Positions 12,353 through 25,183 of a stretch of DNA of 64,000 nucleotides are shown piece after piece. Both the position numbers and the translations under genes were made by a program. The stretch is from Trichoplax sp. H2 (Eukaryota). Numbering within the stretch: position 1 is the first letter of the stretch; each line of letters starts with the position of its first letter. The notes under the pieces were generated by a model that saw only the letters and a program-made list of their open reading frames with translations, was not told the origin of the DNA and made no database searches. The stretch covers positions 186,001-250,000 of the forward strand of contig NOWV01000018.1 of assembly GCA_003344405.1 (NCBI GenBank), read 5' to 3'.

Positions 12353-12584
12353 TCTGTTGTAAGATTACTGAAAGGAATTAATTAATTATTAGAGCAGCAC
12401 TATTGATTGAGTTGATTTACATGATACATGGTGATCAATGAAATATATACATTCCATAAAAAAAACACGTGAATATTGAATGTTTTGTGGGCTTGATTAC
12501 TTGCATTGGCGTTATACGCGTACGTCTATCATTTGGCTCAGAATTCAAATCAAATGCTCCTAAACCACTATCATCATCATGATT

Positions 12585-12960
12585 ACTGCATACGATATGT
12601 ACTAGTAGTATGGTCAATAAAAGACTTTGTCGAATCATGATCCAATCTGTTATTAATCATATATAAGTTGGCGCTATACAGTACGTATATTTAAGCCTCT
12701 TGTCAATTAGATGTATAAACCGATTTCGATCATCATCAATGTTGAAGCATGCTTACTTATAGGTAAATGTACTTCCGATATTGTGACTACTGCATACAAT
12801 ATATGCATGTGCTACGTTCAATAAAGCCTTTATGCTACGACGATCCAATCTGCTATTAATCGTATACGCATAAGTTGGCGGTATACCTGTGTTTCATTAG
12901 CCTCCTTTCAATTACATCTGGAAGACGATTTGGATCATCGCCAATGTTGATGTGTACAGT
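12585..12960. repeat. Two-copy ~203-bp tandem duplication upstream of KXD1
   Basis: actgcatac...caataaa...gatccaatctg(t/c)tattaatc...ataagttggcg...gcctc...caatta...gatcatc...caatgttga occurs at ~12585-12750 and ~12789-12955. Confidence 0.85.
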
Positions 12961-13623
12961 ATATACCAAGAATAGCAAATATATTTGCTACATCGCTTGT
13001 TCTACCGTAGAATGGAGGATTCCCTATCTAAGTTTACTTTCTCTTATCTTATAATGAAGGAGTCATTTATACAAGCGAAAGCCGTCGATTGTTGAATGAA
13101 TAACCGAGTAGCACTATCCGATTCTACCCTTTCAACGCTACTAGGCATCGATGATGTCATCGAACATTTCAGGTGAAAGTTTGTCCCCTGTACACGTTTA
13201 CAGTAGGTGTTTGAAGGACATATTCTTTTAAAGTTAGGTTAATTCTATTCTACGTTCTATAAGATAATTTTATCTGTGTGTCTGTGTGTGTATTTATGCA
13301 GTAGTTGTTTCGACTCCTTTCATGTTGAAGATGATAAAGTTAGCGTGCATAACGAGCATACTGCAAATTAGCTTTGACCAATAATAATAATAATATTAAT
13401 GGAACTGGTAGTTGTTAACGAAGCACAAGATGGCCTAGACCAGTATGAAACTCACCCTAAACTCTACGATAAGATTTGTACTTTTTAAAAAGACGCCATC
13501 ATGGAAAGGATTCACACTTTCTTTAGCCTTCTGTAACCACTGTTGACTCAAAATGATCAGCACCAGGTAGAGATGATTGTAGGACTACCGCAACGGTGAG
13601 TTTGCTGCAGCGTTTTGCTTGCA

Positions 13624-13778
13624 ATACAGTACTGTACACTGTACACTGTACATTGTACAAGTGGTTCATGGCCGTGCCCAGTCTTCGACAGGACTACTCG
13701 AAATACAGTACAGTATACCTCGCAGTGGCCCATGGCATTCTGCATTTGAGTCCGGTACGCTTAGTACTGTATACTGTA
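13624..13778. promoter_or_regulatory. TACAG/CTGTA repeat array, probable KXD1 promoter region
   Basis: TACAGTACTGTACACTGTACA at 13625-13645 and further units up to 13778. A minus-strand GTGAGT donor at 13455-13450 and an acceptor 15 nt before the KXD1 ATG suggest non-coding 5' exons starting just below the array. Confidence 0.55.
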
Positions 13779-16323
13779 GATCGAAACACATGTGCGCTTG
13801 TGCAGAATCGCATTGTTGGTATTTTTGTAATTAGTTTGTTTTGATTTTGTTAATACTATCAAAATCCAGTGTTATTCTGCAAATTCCTCATGGAAAAATT
13901 GATATTTTGACTACGGAAAGCTTAGCCGAAGCAGTTATGCAAAGGTCTTTGCGATGGTCTCTGCTCAAGTCTTCACATGTGAATGTATATGGTCATGGAC
14001 TCTTTTAAGTTGCCCATAGTACCGTATAGCTGTTACTAACAATGAGTAACAACCATCGCGGCGCGGCGTACAGCAATATTATTTTCGTGAAAGATATTTG
14101 AATAAAAGTATAAATGAAATATATTGCTATCGATACCACCATTTCTACTCGTATACATACAGTTAACTCAAAGGTTAGATGCCGCCAGTATAATCTACTC
14201 CATTAGCCTGCTCGTTTTAGCTATATTTTTCTCCACTTCAAGTATCTAAAACGCTATACACAGGGCTGTAGTGTACTGTGTACTATACACTTTTCTCTTG
14301 CCGCACTGGTCTGAAGAAGACCTCGACTCATCACGCTTGGGCGGACAGACATTTTCAGCCCCATCTCGTCATAATATTGTGACAAATACTTCGTTATGGC
14401 ACTACTTTAGTATGCAAACGGTCGATTTTGAATTGACTGATGTCTTCTTAATTTAGTAATAGGTCTTCTTTTAGTTGTTCATGGCCGTCACTGCACGGTA
14501 GACTTGGCCAGTTGATGACAAATTCTTACAAGACTTTTTAGCTGAATTTGTCGGACCGATGGATTCCACTGAACACTTCTATATAAAAAAATTTCCCAAT
14601 GAACTCCATCTTGAGTAGTGTGAATACATTATTATAACAGTTTCAGCTAAGTATTTTAAGAACCTTTCATAAGCTGGCGGATCTACTTTACAGTAGTATC
14701 ACTACCATAGAGTTTCTCTTCTAACTCGATGGCAAGGCCTGGAATGAAGAACAGGCACTTCTAGCGACTTGTGTCAAAAAATTTTAACAGTCCACGCTAC
14801 GACTTAGATTGGACGCCTGTAAAATCTTGTACCCCCCAACACTCGTAAATCAGCTGCAAATAAGATACAAGTTTTCCGTACGATAATAACGATATAGTCA
14901 TTCATGTTGTCTTAGAGATACAACGATAATGTTATCAAGAAAGAGAGGCGATACCTACTCACTGCTCAGTATCTATAAATTAGCATTGGCAATTTAAATT
15001 AAATGAGATTTTCAACCATAAATTAGAGCAAGCCACGCAAGGATTAAGATAGAATGATAGTTAATTAGATTGAGTGATTAATCGATAATATTATGGTATA
15101 ACCGAATAGAATACGGTAGTATAAGGTGACCAGTGAGACTAAAGTAAATTGCTTACCCTTATTTCTATATTTTTGATACTTCAATAATTAATTGATGTAC
15201 TAAGTTATTGGTATATTATATGAATAGACGAGAAAACTTCACATCCACAGTCATTTTTATACATTGCTTAAAATGATTAAACAAAATATGTTACTGCTTG
15301 TATACCCATACTTGATATATTTATGTTTTAATATGCACAGATATTAGTCATACTACTTGTCATTCATTCAAGTGTCAGCAATCTGTTGTAATGGTTAAAT
15401 ACTACTAATTAATTCCGTTGAAGTTATCGTGTGACAGTTCTTGCAACTCCATGATAATAGTTAGCATTCCATTAATATAGATTGTGCAACTGTCTAATTA
15501 TAGTTATCTACTACTTCCCGTATCTTTATACGACGATCTACTGCAAAGATTTCACGATGTTTGTATCATAGTGCACGAATGTTTTCTTTTTTAAACTGTC
15601 TCATTGATTACGAGGATTAAGTGCAATTAATGTATCGTTGGAAGAAAATAAATGCCTTGATAATAAGCGAAAGAGTAAAATGCTGATCGATAAAAATACT
15701 AATAGTAGCTATGCATGATTTTATATATCGGTAATATTAGATTCTCTAACTATTACAGCGAGTATTGGTAATGGAAGATTAAAATCCATTTCGTTTTACA
15801 TTTGTATAGACGCAAGATATAATCTCATATTTGTTTAGTAAATGGCCTAGAGAGTTGAAGAGTTTTACAGGTCTAGTTAATAAGTAACCTGCAATTAATT
15901 TACACATGATCAACGAAAATCATAGACCGATCGGATGATCTGAATAAGCAAAACAATTTCACCTATACCGCAATAGTAACCGTTCCGATAGAAAAGAATT
16001 ATTATTAACACTGATAACTCTATTCTACTTGATGGCCGCTATTAGCTGTAATCTCACAATCGCAAGGATAGACGGGATAGTAATTTTATTACAATTACCC
16101 CACATCGAGCTGCTTAAGCTAGAATAAACATGTCATCATACCTTCAGTACATCGATGAAAGATTGAATAAATAGATGCAATTAAAAGCATACCGAAGACA
16201 ATCATTTTATAGTGTCTGCCTCTGCTAGAGTGGGTATACAGTATCTCCGATTTTATCTAGTTTTGAAGATTGGATTGTTAAGAAATTTCTAATTTTATCC
16301 ACTTATTTTACATCATCTTTATA

Positions 16324-18804
16324 ATGAGGTTAATAACGTCTCTGATTTTTGGCATTATCGCCTTGTCCTTTACCTCAGCTCAACGTAAGTAAAATAAAAT
16401 GGTTAAAACTACTTCCATCATTGTATCTCTAGCAATAATGGCGATCAGTTTTTGTAAAATATCTATCATTTTATTTTTAGCATTCTTAATTCCCAGACTG
16501 TTATTAATCATTCTATAGCGAATTACAGGTTTTATACTATCGAGAAGTAATTATCTACATTCACCTATAACGATGATATGAAGCTCATTTTTTCTATCTC
16601 TATTTTGTAAAATGTAGTAATCAGTAAGCTCGATTAATGTCCAGAAACGCCTCTTACCTAGCCCTTATGATAAATAAATAAATGCTCGTTTTGAAAAATC
16701 CTCGTTGCAAAGTCATTTTCTTTTAGGGCTTAATTCTTGCCATCGCGTATAATACATTATATTGACAAAAAAATAGTACTATAGAATGTGTCCTTAAATA
16801 TTACCGTTCTATTTTATAATGAATAGTTCCACATTGATTTTTCGTGACCTGATTGATCAATTTCGTAAATGCAACTTGTTCAGTTACTCGATAGACTACT
16901 CCGTAAATAATTCATTAAAAAATATCTGTGTTCTTCCGATGTTCTATCATTTACAGATACTAAAATACCTAACTCTCAAACCATTTTCATATAATTTTGA
17001 CATCAAGTGTCTAAAAAACAGCTACAAGATAAATGGTTTGTCGAAGGTCAAGCTCGTATGAACGGATATTCGAAAACTAAACTGTTAGACACAGGCGGAA
17101 AGAGGGTTATTTTAGCCATTGGCGATGGAATGAGTCTAACAACTGTGACTACAGCTCGAATCTTGCAAGGACAACAAAAAGGTAAAACTGGCGAGGAGGA
17201 GCAACTAAGCTGGGAAAAATTTCCATTTACTGGATTATCCAAGACGTACAACGTTGACTACCAAGTAGGAGATGTGATCATTTCAGAACTTTATAACAGG
17301 CTATTACTCCTTTCTAAATTTATAATTTTATAGCAGTAACTATTTCTATGTATCCTGCAATATCTTACACTACACGACTTGTACTTTAAACCGTCTAATT
17401 CAGTTCAAATGAAAGCTTAATTTATCCAAGTTACCCCTTCAGGCTAAAAGTTTCTTGAAAATTTTGTAGCGTATCTTGTAACATCGATTCATCTGGGCTA
17501 GTAGTCGTTGGACTGGACCTTTAAAAAGTTCTAATCTATTTATCATTTAGGTTCCAGATTCTGCAGGAACAGCGACAGCATTCTTATGTGGCGTTAAAAC
17601 TGATGCTGGTATAATCGGTTTAGATGAAAATTCAGTGCGTGGTGATTGTGCCGCTTCAAAAGGTACTGAAGTAGGATCAATTTTAAAATTGGCAAAACAA
17701 GCTGGGTTATCCGTCGGAATTGTAGTTACAGCTCGGATTACTCATGCTACGCCATCATCGTCCTATGCTCATTGCCCAGAACGTAATTGGGAAGGATCCG
17801 TGCCATCTCTCGCAGAACAACAAGGTTGCATTGATATTGCACAACAATTCATTAACTTTCAAAAAGAACATGGCGGTATCAGTGTTGCCTTAGGCGGAGG
17901 TAGAAGAAATTTTATTCCTAACACTCAAAATGATGTTGAATATCCTAACACCAAAGGCAGACGTGTCGATGGCAAAGATTTAATCCAAGAATGGAAAAAT
18001 CTGCAATTACAAAATTCAGCTTACGTATGGAATTTATCTGATTTTAATGCAATCGATCCTAAAAAAACGGACCATCTCTTTGGACTTTTTGAACCCAGTC
18101 ATATGCAGTATGAATCGGCTAGGAATAAAGGCCCTAGTGGTGAACCTTCAATATCAGAAATGACAAGGAAAGCTATCCAAATATTAGAAAGAAATCCCAA
18201 GGGTTACTTTCTATTAATTGAAAGTGGTCGAATTGATCATGGACACCATGAAGGCAGCGCTTATAAAGCTCTTACTGAAGCAGTAGCTCTGGCTCAAGCC
18301 GTTGAAACAGCAGATAAATTGACAAACGAAAATGAAACATTAATTATAGTTACATCTGATCATGGACATACTATGTCTATGAGCGGATATCCTAAACGTG
18401 GTAATCCTATTTTTGGCTTAACTGGAGCACTGGGTAACTATGGTAAACCATCCTTAACTCTCAATTATGCCAACGGTCCAGGCGCATGGAAAGATGGCGA
18501 TCCACGACCTAACTTAACAGGCGTCGATACCGCTCATCCTAAATTTTTACAACAAGCAATCACTAAACTAAATTCTGAAACACACGATGGAACTGATGTA
18601 GCTATCTACGCTAGAGGTCCATTTTCTCATCTTTACGTTGGCGTTGTCGAACAAAACTATATCTTTCATCCTATGGCTAAAGCATTATGCTTAGATCCAT
18701 CCAAAGCTGGACAACAAACATGTTCTAATTCAGCTCATGGGGTAAATGTCAGCATCTTGGCTTTATTGACTACATTAATGGCGATCGTATTACAGTTTAT
18801 TTGA
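16324..18804 (+). CDS. Alkaline phosphatase paralog 1 (signal peptide, predicted GPI anchor); exons 16324-16384, 17008-17264, 17551-18804
   Basis: Signal peptide MRLITSLIFGIIALSFTSAQ; IGDGM, VPDSAGTA (catalytic Ser), THATP, RNWE, ESGRIDHGHH, TSDH, ETHDG; C-terminal hydrophobic tail. Confidence 0.96.
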
Positions 18805-20639
18805 TTTGGATGGCTTTCTATGTATAACAATGTATGATCAGTCAAAGTATTATCCGAAATTGATAAAATGAGTATATTTTCTCCAATTTTAGCTTATTCA
18901 ATTTTAATCTAAGCTTACCATAGCAATATAAAAACGATGATAGAGTTTTGTGGTTTAAATCATAATACTGCATTAAGTGATATGTATTAGCTCATTCTTA
19001 TTATTCAGAGTGTTTTTAATCAGATTCCGTTTTGTCATTTTTTTTTAAGTCCCTGTTTCAAAAAATCTTTTTTTAAACATTAAATTACCAAAAATAAAAT
19101 TACTTGCTTCTTTAAAAATTTCTTCATTTAAAGGACTGAATTGATTATATTATAATTGCTGCTCGGTAATAAAGTCCACATGCTTCAAGATAAATAAATA
19201 ATTCACGAACATCCACATCGCACCCAAGATCATGAAAAGTACAGTTCAACATATGTAAATTTAACATTGATTATTAAATATTCATTATTGGTAATAACAA
19301 CATACGAAAGTATGCTGCTGGTAGCATAATTTTTTAGCCAATCCGCAAAATTAGAACTAAATATGAGAACTGTACTGTATAAAATAACAACAGTGTAATA
19401 GAGGCACATGGGCAAAAAAATGATTCATTGATCAAGCGAAGAAAATTTTTAAGCCAATATTTTGCTGAGTATTGCTATCTGAAAAGGAATTGGCTGACAA
19501 CGAAAATTAGCAGATGAAAGAAAGGGTCAAGAGTAAAGAGTCTAGTTCTAGGTTGCAACCCATAAGCTAGCTTTCAATATTTTGTAGAACCAACAAACAG
19601 TTACTACTACTGTAGTAACGATCAAAATAACGAGCAGTACAAAATATCTTTCAATGCGCGAGCGATATCAATTTTACCAACATTTACTTATACCACCTGA
19701 GGCTTTAAAATTTTAGAATCTGAGATTAGAATCTTAAATATAAAATAATACGGTAACTATCCTAAAATAGATTTTGTGCTATTAACTGGCCGTAAAATTA
19801 TTTTCTTCCTCCTAACATACTGTATGCGTATGTATCAAAGTCCATACAATTTTTCCTATTTACAGTACTTCAATGTAGGCACCTTACTGTGTATCAATTA
19901 ATAAGAGTAAGACACCCGTTCAAATTGATAACTTTAAGAGATAAACGTTCAGTATCTACTAAATATAAATTAATAATCCTTAAAGAATCTTAAAATTCAT
20001 TCAGTTTCTTCGGATTCTATTTAGCAACTTACAAAATTTCATTTATATCGCCCCAACTAAATCTTTATGCACTGGCTAATCATAAATAGAGCTTCTTGAA
20101 ACCATATAGAGCATCTATTTAATAAATACCGTACCTTTTACATCATCTAGTAGATATAGTAATGTTACTTGTTTGTATACTTCTTAGTCATAAATTAATT
20201 TTCTTCTTTCTAGTAGCTTAAAATAAAGCTTTATAATAGAAACGAGTGAAATATTTAGGGTCAGTATGTTGAATTCTGTCATAAACTTCACTATTTTACG
20301 ACAGTATTGGTACCTACTACATTAATATGAATTATAGGAAATGATGAGTTTTAAGCATATTGTATTTATATACAATTTGAGTGCGGATACATAGTAACTA
20401 TTGTAGCGATAGGTAAACTATTCATATTTAGAATTGGGAAAAGGCCATCTAATTAAAGTACAATCTAAGTTATACAAACTTATATTTACTCAGACTATCA
20501 TCGCAAAAAGAGTTCTAGGCTGTCCATTGCAATTGGCGAAAAGAAAGAAATGACGAGACCGTTGGAGAATTCAAGATTTAAGATTACTCATCACAACGGC
20601 ATTAATTACATTGTACGTATACTAAATATACGGGCATTC

Positions 20640-20900
20640 ACTAGGACTGCAAAAATTAGAAGTATTCTTCTCCCTTTATTAAAATATATGATTTGTATGA
20701 CATGAACCCTTCCTTAAGGTCATTAACTACATGGAAATGATGCACCCCAATTTTCTAGTTATTATATCAGTATTTACCAGGACTGCAAGAATCAAAAGTA
20801 TTCCTCTCCCTTTATTAAAATGTATGATTTGTATGACATGAACCCTTCTTCAAGGTAATTAACTACGGTGAAAATGATGCACGTCAATTCTCTAGTTATT
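20640..20900. repeat. Two-copy ~136-bp tandem duplication (intergenic)
   Basis: aggactgcaa..aagtattc.tctccctttattaaaat.tatgatttgtatgacatgaaccc...aaatgatgcac...tctagttatt at ~20640-20763 and ~20776-20900. Confidence 0.9.
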
Positions 20901-21604
20901 GATATAGTGGACTTTTGCATATTAATTATATCACCAGCTCTGAACCATCCACAGAATGTGGTCATTTTTGGTCGGTCCAGGACTTTAGCTTTGGTAGAAA
21001 CTTACTGACATGACCATAAATCCCAAGCTTTTTATATAAGATGATTGAAACTAATGATCATGATATTGTGATCCTTTCTGTAGAGATGATTAGTGTAAAT
21101 GTGCTAAAAGTACCATGAATTCTCTGTGTAATTCTTCATTTACATATTGACGCAAGAGTTCCAGGAAGTACCCGTATGCAAAGACATCCCGGATATTGCA
21201 GCGTTTATTAAGATAACAAAATGGGTGTATGAATTGGTGAGAAAACAGCCCATGACCCAAAACCTTGACAGTTATGTTGTATCGTTATGAATAAGGAAAT
21301 AAACCTAAGAGCAATTAGAGGACATCATGAATTATTTTATTGTTTCGTGTAGGTTTTTTTGAAAAATTATATATTAGGATATCATCCAGTTAAAGCTAAG
21401 AATAGGCTTGGTTTCGAGGTGGCTATTTTAATTAAATTGGGGTCTATTATGAATTAATTCATGAAATTTAAATACAAAGCGATATACCCATCTATTGTCA
21501 TTTAATAAGTGTCTCAATCTATCTATCATTTATCTACTCGTGTATACTAATTGCTTTATAAACCCAATCGAAAAAAGGTATAAATGCAATGTATTGCATC
21601 TTAT

Positions 21605-21920
21605 ATACACCCATCATAAAACCAACAATGTTTGAGTTCATCTTTCAATTGCATACAGATTGATTACTATGGTTAGTCTGATTGAGTGGAAAAATAAACT
21701 TAACACGCGTAAAAGCGTACATACGAGTACACGAGTTCGTATAAGTACGGTATATGCCTATCAAAATCCAATAACGTTGCAGTCAAATCTGTTATTTACC
21801 TACAGATTAACGGCTATAGTAAGCGAAAAAAAATAGGTTTAAAGGCAATATAATCCACATACCTATCAAAATCTAACAATGTTTGTAACCAATCTATCGT
21901 TTACTTACAGATTGATTGTT
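21605..21920. repeat. Three degenerate ~55-bp direct repeats
   Basis: cc(t)atca(a/t)aa..c.aa..a.gtt....tacagatt(g/a)a near 21611, 21758 and 21862. Confidence 0.6.
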
Positions 21921-24900
21921 AGATAAATTTAATGACGACAAAAATTCTTAAAGTTAGATATTACTAAATGCCTAAAGAAAAAGTTAATAAGCCCCATGCC
22001 ATGTTCATGAAAAGAGTTTAGGACATAATTTCATCAAAATTGAAAAATTTTACATTCCATCTATCCTGTAACTAATGTATATTTTTGGTGGTAGATTTGT
22101 ATTGTAGTAGTTATCAATTACAACTTTTAGATTGGCTGGAAATTGAATAGGGGGGCTGATAAAATTGCAAGACATACCTAATACAGAAAATGGATGAAAG
22201 CGCATACATTTCTCTTTTGTATAATCTATCACCTAACTGATGCTTATATGGATGAAAAAGTTAAGTTAAATACCTAATTAATTTAAACCAAGGTATTCTC
22301 TACATGCGCATAATTTATAGTTACCGGTAAATGGAGCCAACGGAAGGGTAATCTTATCACACAGGGTTTTTCAAAAAACTTAAATGAAGGGAACTCAAAT
22401 TTACGAGTTTTATCGTATCATAATTCACAGTGTAAACACAACATTCGCCTAATGTAAGTAAGCAAAGTATGAAACATTGTCTCACTTTAACTACTAAAGT
22501 AATAAAATATCTTGCCGATATAGGTATTTTTAATCCGATAATTTTGTTTACAAAATCACAGGATGTAGAGAAATGTCATTGTCAACGCGTTAAATTGAGG
22601 TTCATCCTGTGTAAAGCATAGGTTTAATGTGATATATAGTTTAACAACTTAGAGCAATGACAGAATAAAGCAAATACGCGTATATACAGTAAAGCAGTTG
22701 GGACACTACCTTGTAAGCTTTACAAGCACGGAAATAAGTATAATATCTTATTAGTGGCTATGCTGAATCGAAATAATTTAATAAAACGTCAATCACTCAC
22801 AATGTTGGCTAACATCCATCAATAAGCGAATAATTGCACGAATTTACCATATCCATTCCAATAATGCACAGTAGTACCTCAATGTTTGTCCCTACATTAA
22901 ATTGATTTCACGGCGTAAATGAATAAATTAGACTAAGAAAATTCTGACAATTATTGGCAACAAGATTTAGACCAACGCCGATGAAATACTACACTGAGGT
23001 TAAATTTCAAGTAAGTTTTTCTATTTATATGCAATACTCGGAGGAACATCGTAATTTTAGTATCAGGCTGACTTCCTATCTTATTGCAATACAGTAAATA
23101 ATTGTAATAGTACAAAATGAATTAATTCCATTTAAAGATTGGTGTCGATTATTTTAGATACGCTCGTAACATAATCAAGGAAAGATACAGCGAAGGTGAA
23201 AGCCATTCGATTTTCTTCATGAATTAAGATTTATATCAAGAATTATTATTCATCATGATTTTAATCATTAGAGTAATAAAATGATATATCTATTTCCATT
23301 CCTACCTGAAAAAGCCGCAAAAGTGGGTAATTTATTCTCACTCATTTGTAATATCAAGTATAGCGCAAATATTAAACTAAACTAAAACTATTTCCTTCTA
23401 GAACATTAATGATATAAGTATTATTTTAAAATTCATGGATTATCATCACGGTGTCTCTCGATTAGCTAAAAATAAGCTATACCATAATCAAATTAGTTAA
23501 TATTTTTATTTAATATATAGTAAACTACATTAGTACAGTATATTTTATTCCTATTCTGCTGGACTCCGGGATTTATGTTCTTGAAGATCCGCCTCTAAAG
23601 CCTGGTCAAGGTGATAGTATCATGCCACGACCATCCTATTCTTACTTAACCTTGATCTTAAGCCATCATTCGACATTGATTTATTGGGAATAATAATGAC
23701 TAAAACGTATACAATCACGTATTAGTTAGATCTAATAATATACTATAATTTTTGACATGATTCCATTACCGGCTCTAGAAATTTTTGTTATTTTTATAAT
23801 GTTACAATATTCAATAAAATAAAATATTCTGATAATTCTAGCGGGGAGTACTTCATCGGTTTTATGCGGTAGATACATCAACATTTCTTCAAGTTGAATA
23901 CATTGAATTAGTAAAATAAAATAAATAACAATGAATTTCTAAATTTTAAGTTTTCAACAAATGGTTACCGTTTTCATCGCTGTTAAAAAGTAATCTTTCT
24001 TAATGTATTTTGACCATTTTATTCAAGCCAATTGTGAATCATCCATGTTAAATACCTATATTTTTAAAAATCAGGTATCGTAGTCTATAATTATCTTGCC
24101 ACTATACAAGCTAAGTTTCTAATGTTCAGAAAGCCTATTCAATCAGGACAACTAGGCAGGGCATATTATATCCCTATGCAATATGTTCGAACTCAATCAT
24201 ACTGCAAATAATTAAAATTTAAGCATTTATCAATTCAGTCACTACTAAATGGTAATAATGCTTCGATAACAGGATCTTCATAGATAAACAGTATATTAAA
24301 TATTACTGATGATGGTATCAATTTTTATCTATCTGGAAACTATACTCACCTTTCAGTGTTCATACATTATGAACCTAAAGTGATAATCTTGGATGAAGAG
24401 ATATATGTAAAACAGTCTATGATATAATAATAATAACACCGATAGTATAAGCAATAATTTTACTTTTAAAGAAAGTGTACGCTTAGTCTTTGAACTCTTT
24501 ACCGGTCTGGTCCACACATGATATTAGTAAAATAGATAGAAAAATAATCTAAAGGGGATTATAGCACCTTAAAATGGATAGATTTTTAATAAAGCTTTAA
24601 TGAAACGAATTGACCTTCATAGTATCAAGATTTGAACTGATAATCATTTTACTATTGTTTCACAATGCAGAAAAAATCGTTTCAGATTTTTTAGTGACTA
24701 TCAACAAGGTAGACATATCATGGCTGTTTCCAGTAGTCTGGTGATTGTTAAGATTGTTTATACTTTGATAATCACGAGATTTCGGGGAAAGCTTCCACGT
24801 GTTCAGCATGATTTATAAATTTCAAGCCGTTTAACCAGTAAGAAAGAAGATTCGTAACCATGAGTTCGCCATAAGATCTGCATATAGCTGAGCTAGTCTT

Positions 24901-25079
24901 TTCATAACCTCCTGCATAGGCAAATTTTCTTGTTTATTTATTTTTTACTATGTCTGATGCGGAATATCCCACCTTTGCAGCACTTTTACCATACTTCGAA
25001 CCTTATTAACTGTGGATTAAAGCAACTTAACACCTATATATCACATTAGTTTATTAAATGTTCACTAATTTTATGAGCA

Positions 25080-25087
25080 TATAAATA
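25080..25087 (+). promoter_or_regulatory. Candidate TATA box of alkaline phosphatase 2
   Basis: TATAAATA ~100 bp upstream of ATG 25184. The AT-rich background lowers specificity. Confidence 0.5.
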
Positions 25088-25183
25088 CCGCCAACAATTG
25101 CTGTTCTTCCAATCCAGCTGGTAGATATTACACCGATTAACGTTATATCTCTTATCTAGTGGTTAGTCTCAAGAAACACTGAG

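Noticed and set aside
14220-14900. Slightly GC-richer stretch that might be a decayed coding or transposon remnant
   Set aside because: The frames I translated were interrupted by stops and had no recognisable motif. A translated search would be needed.
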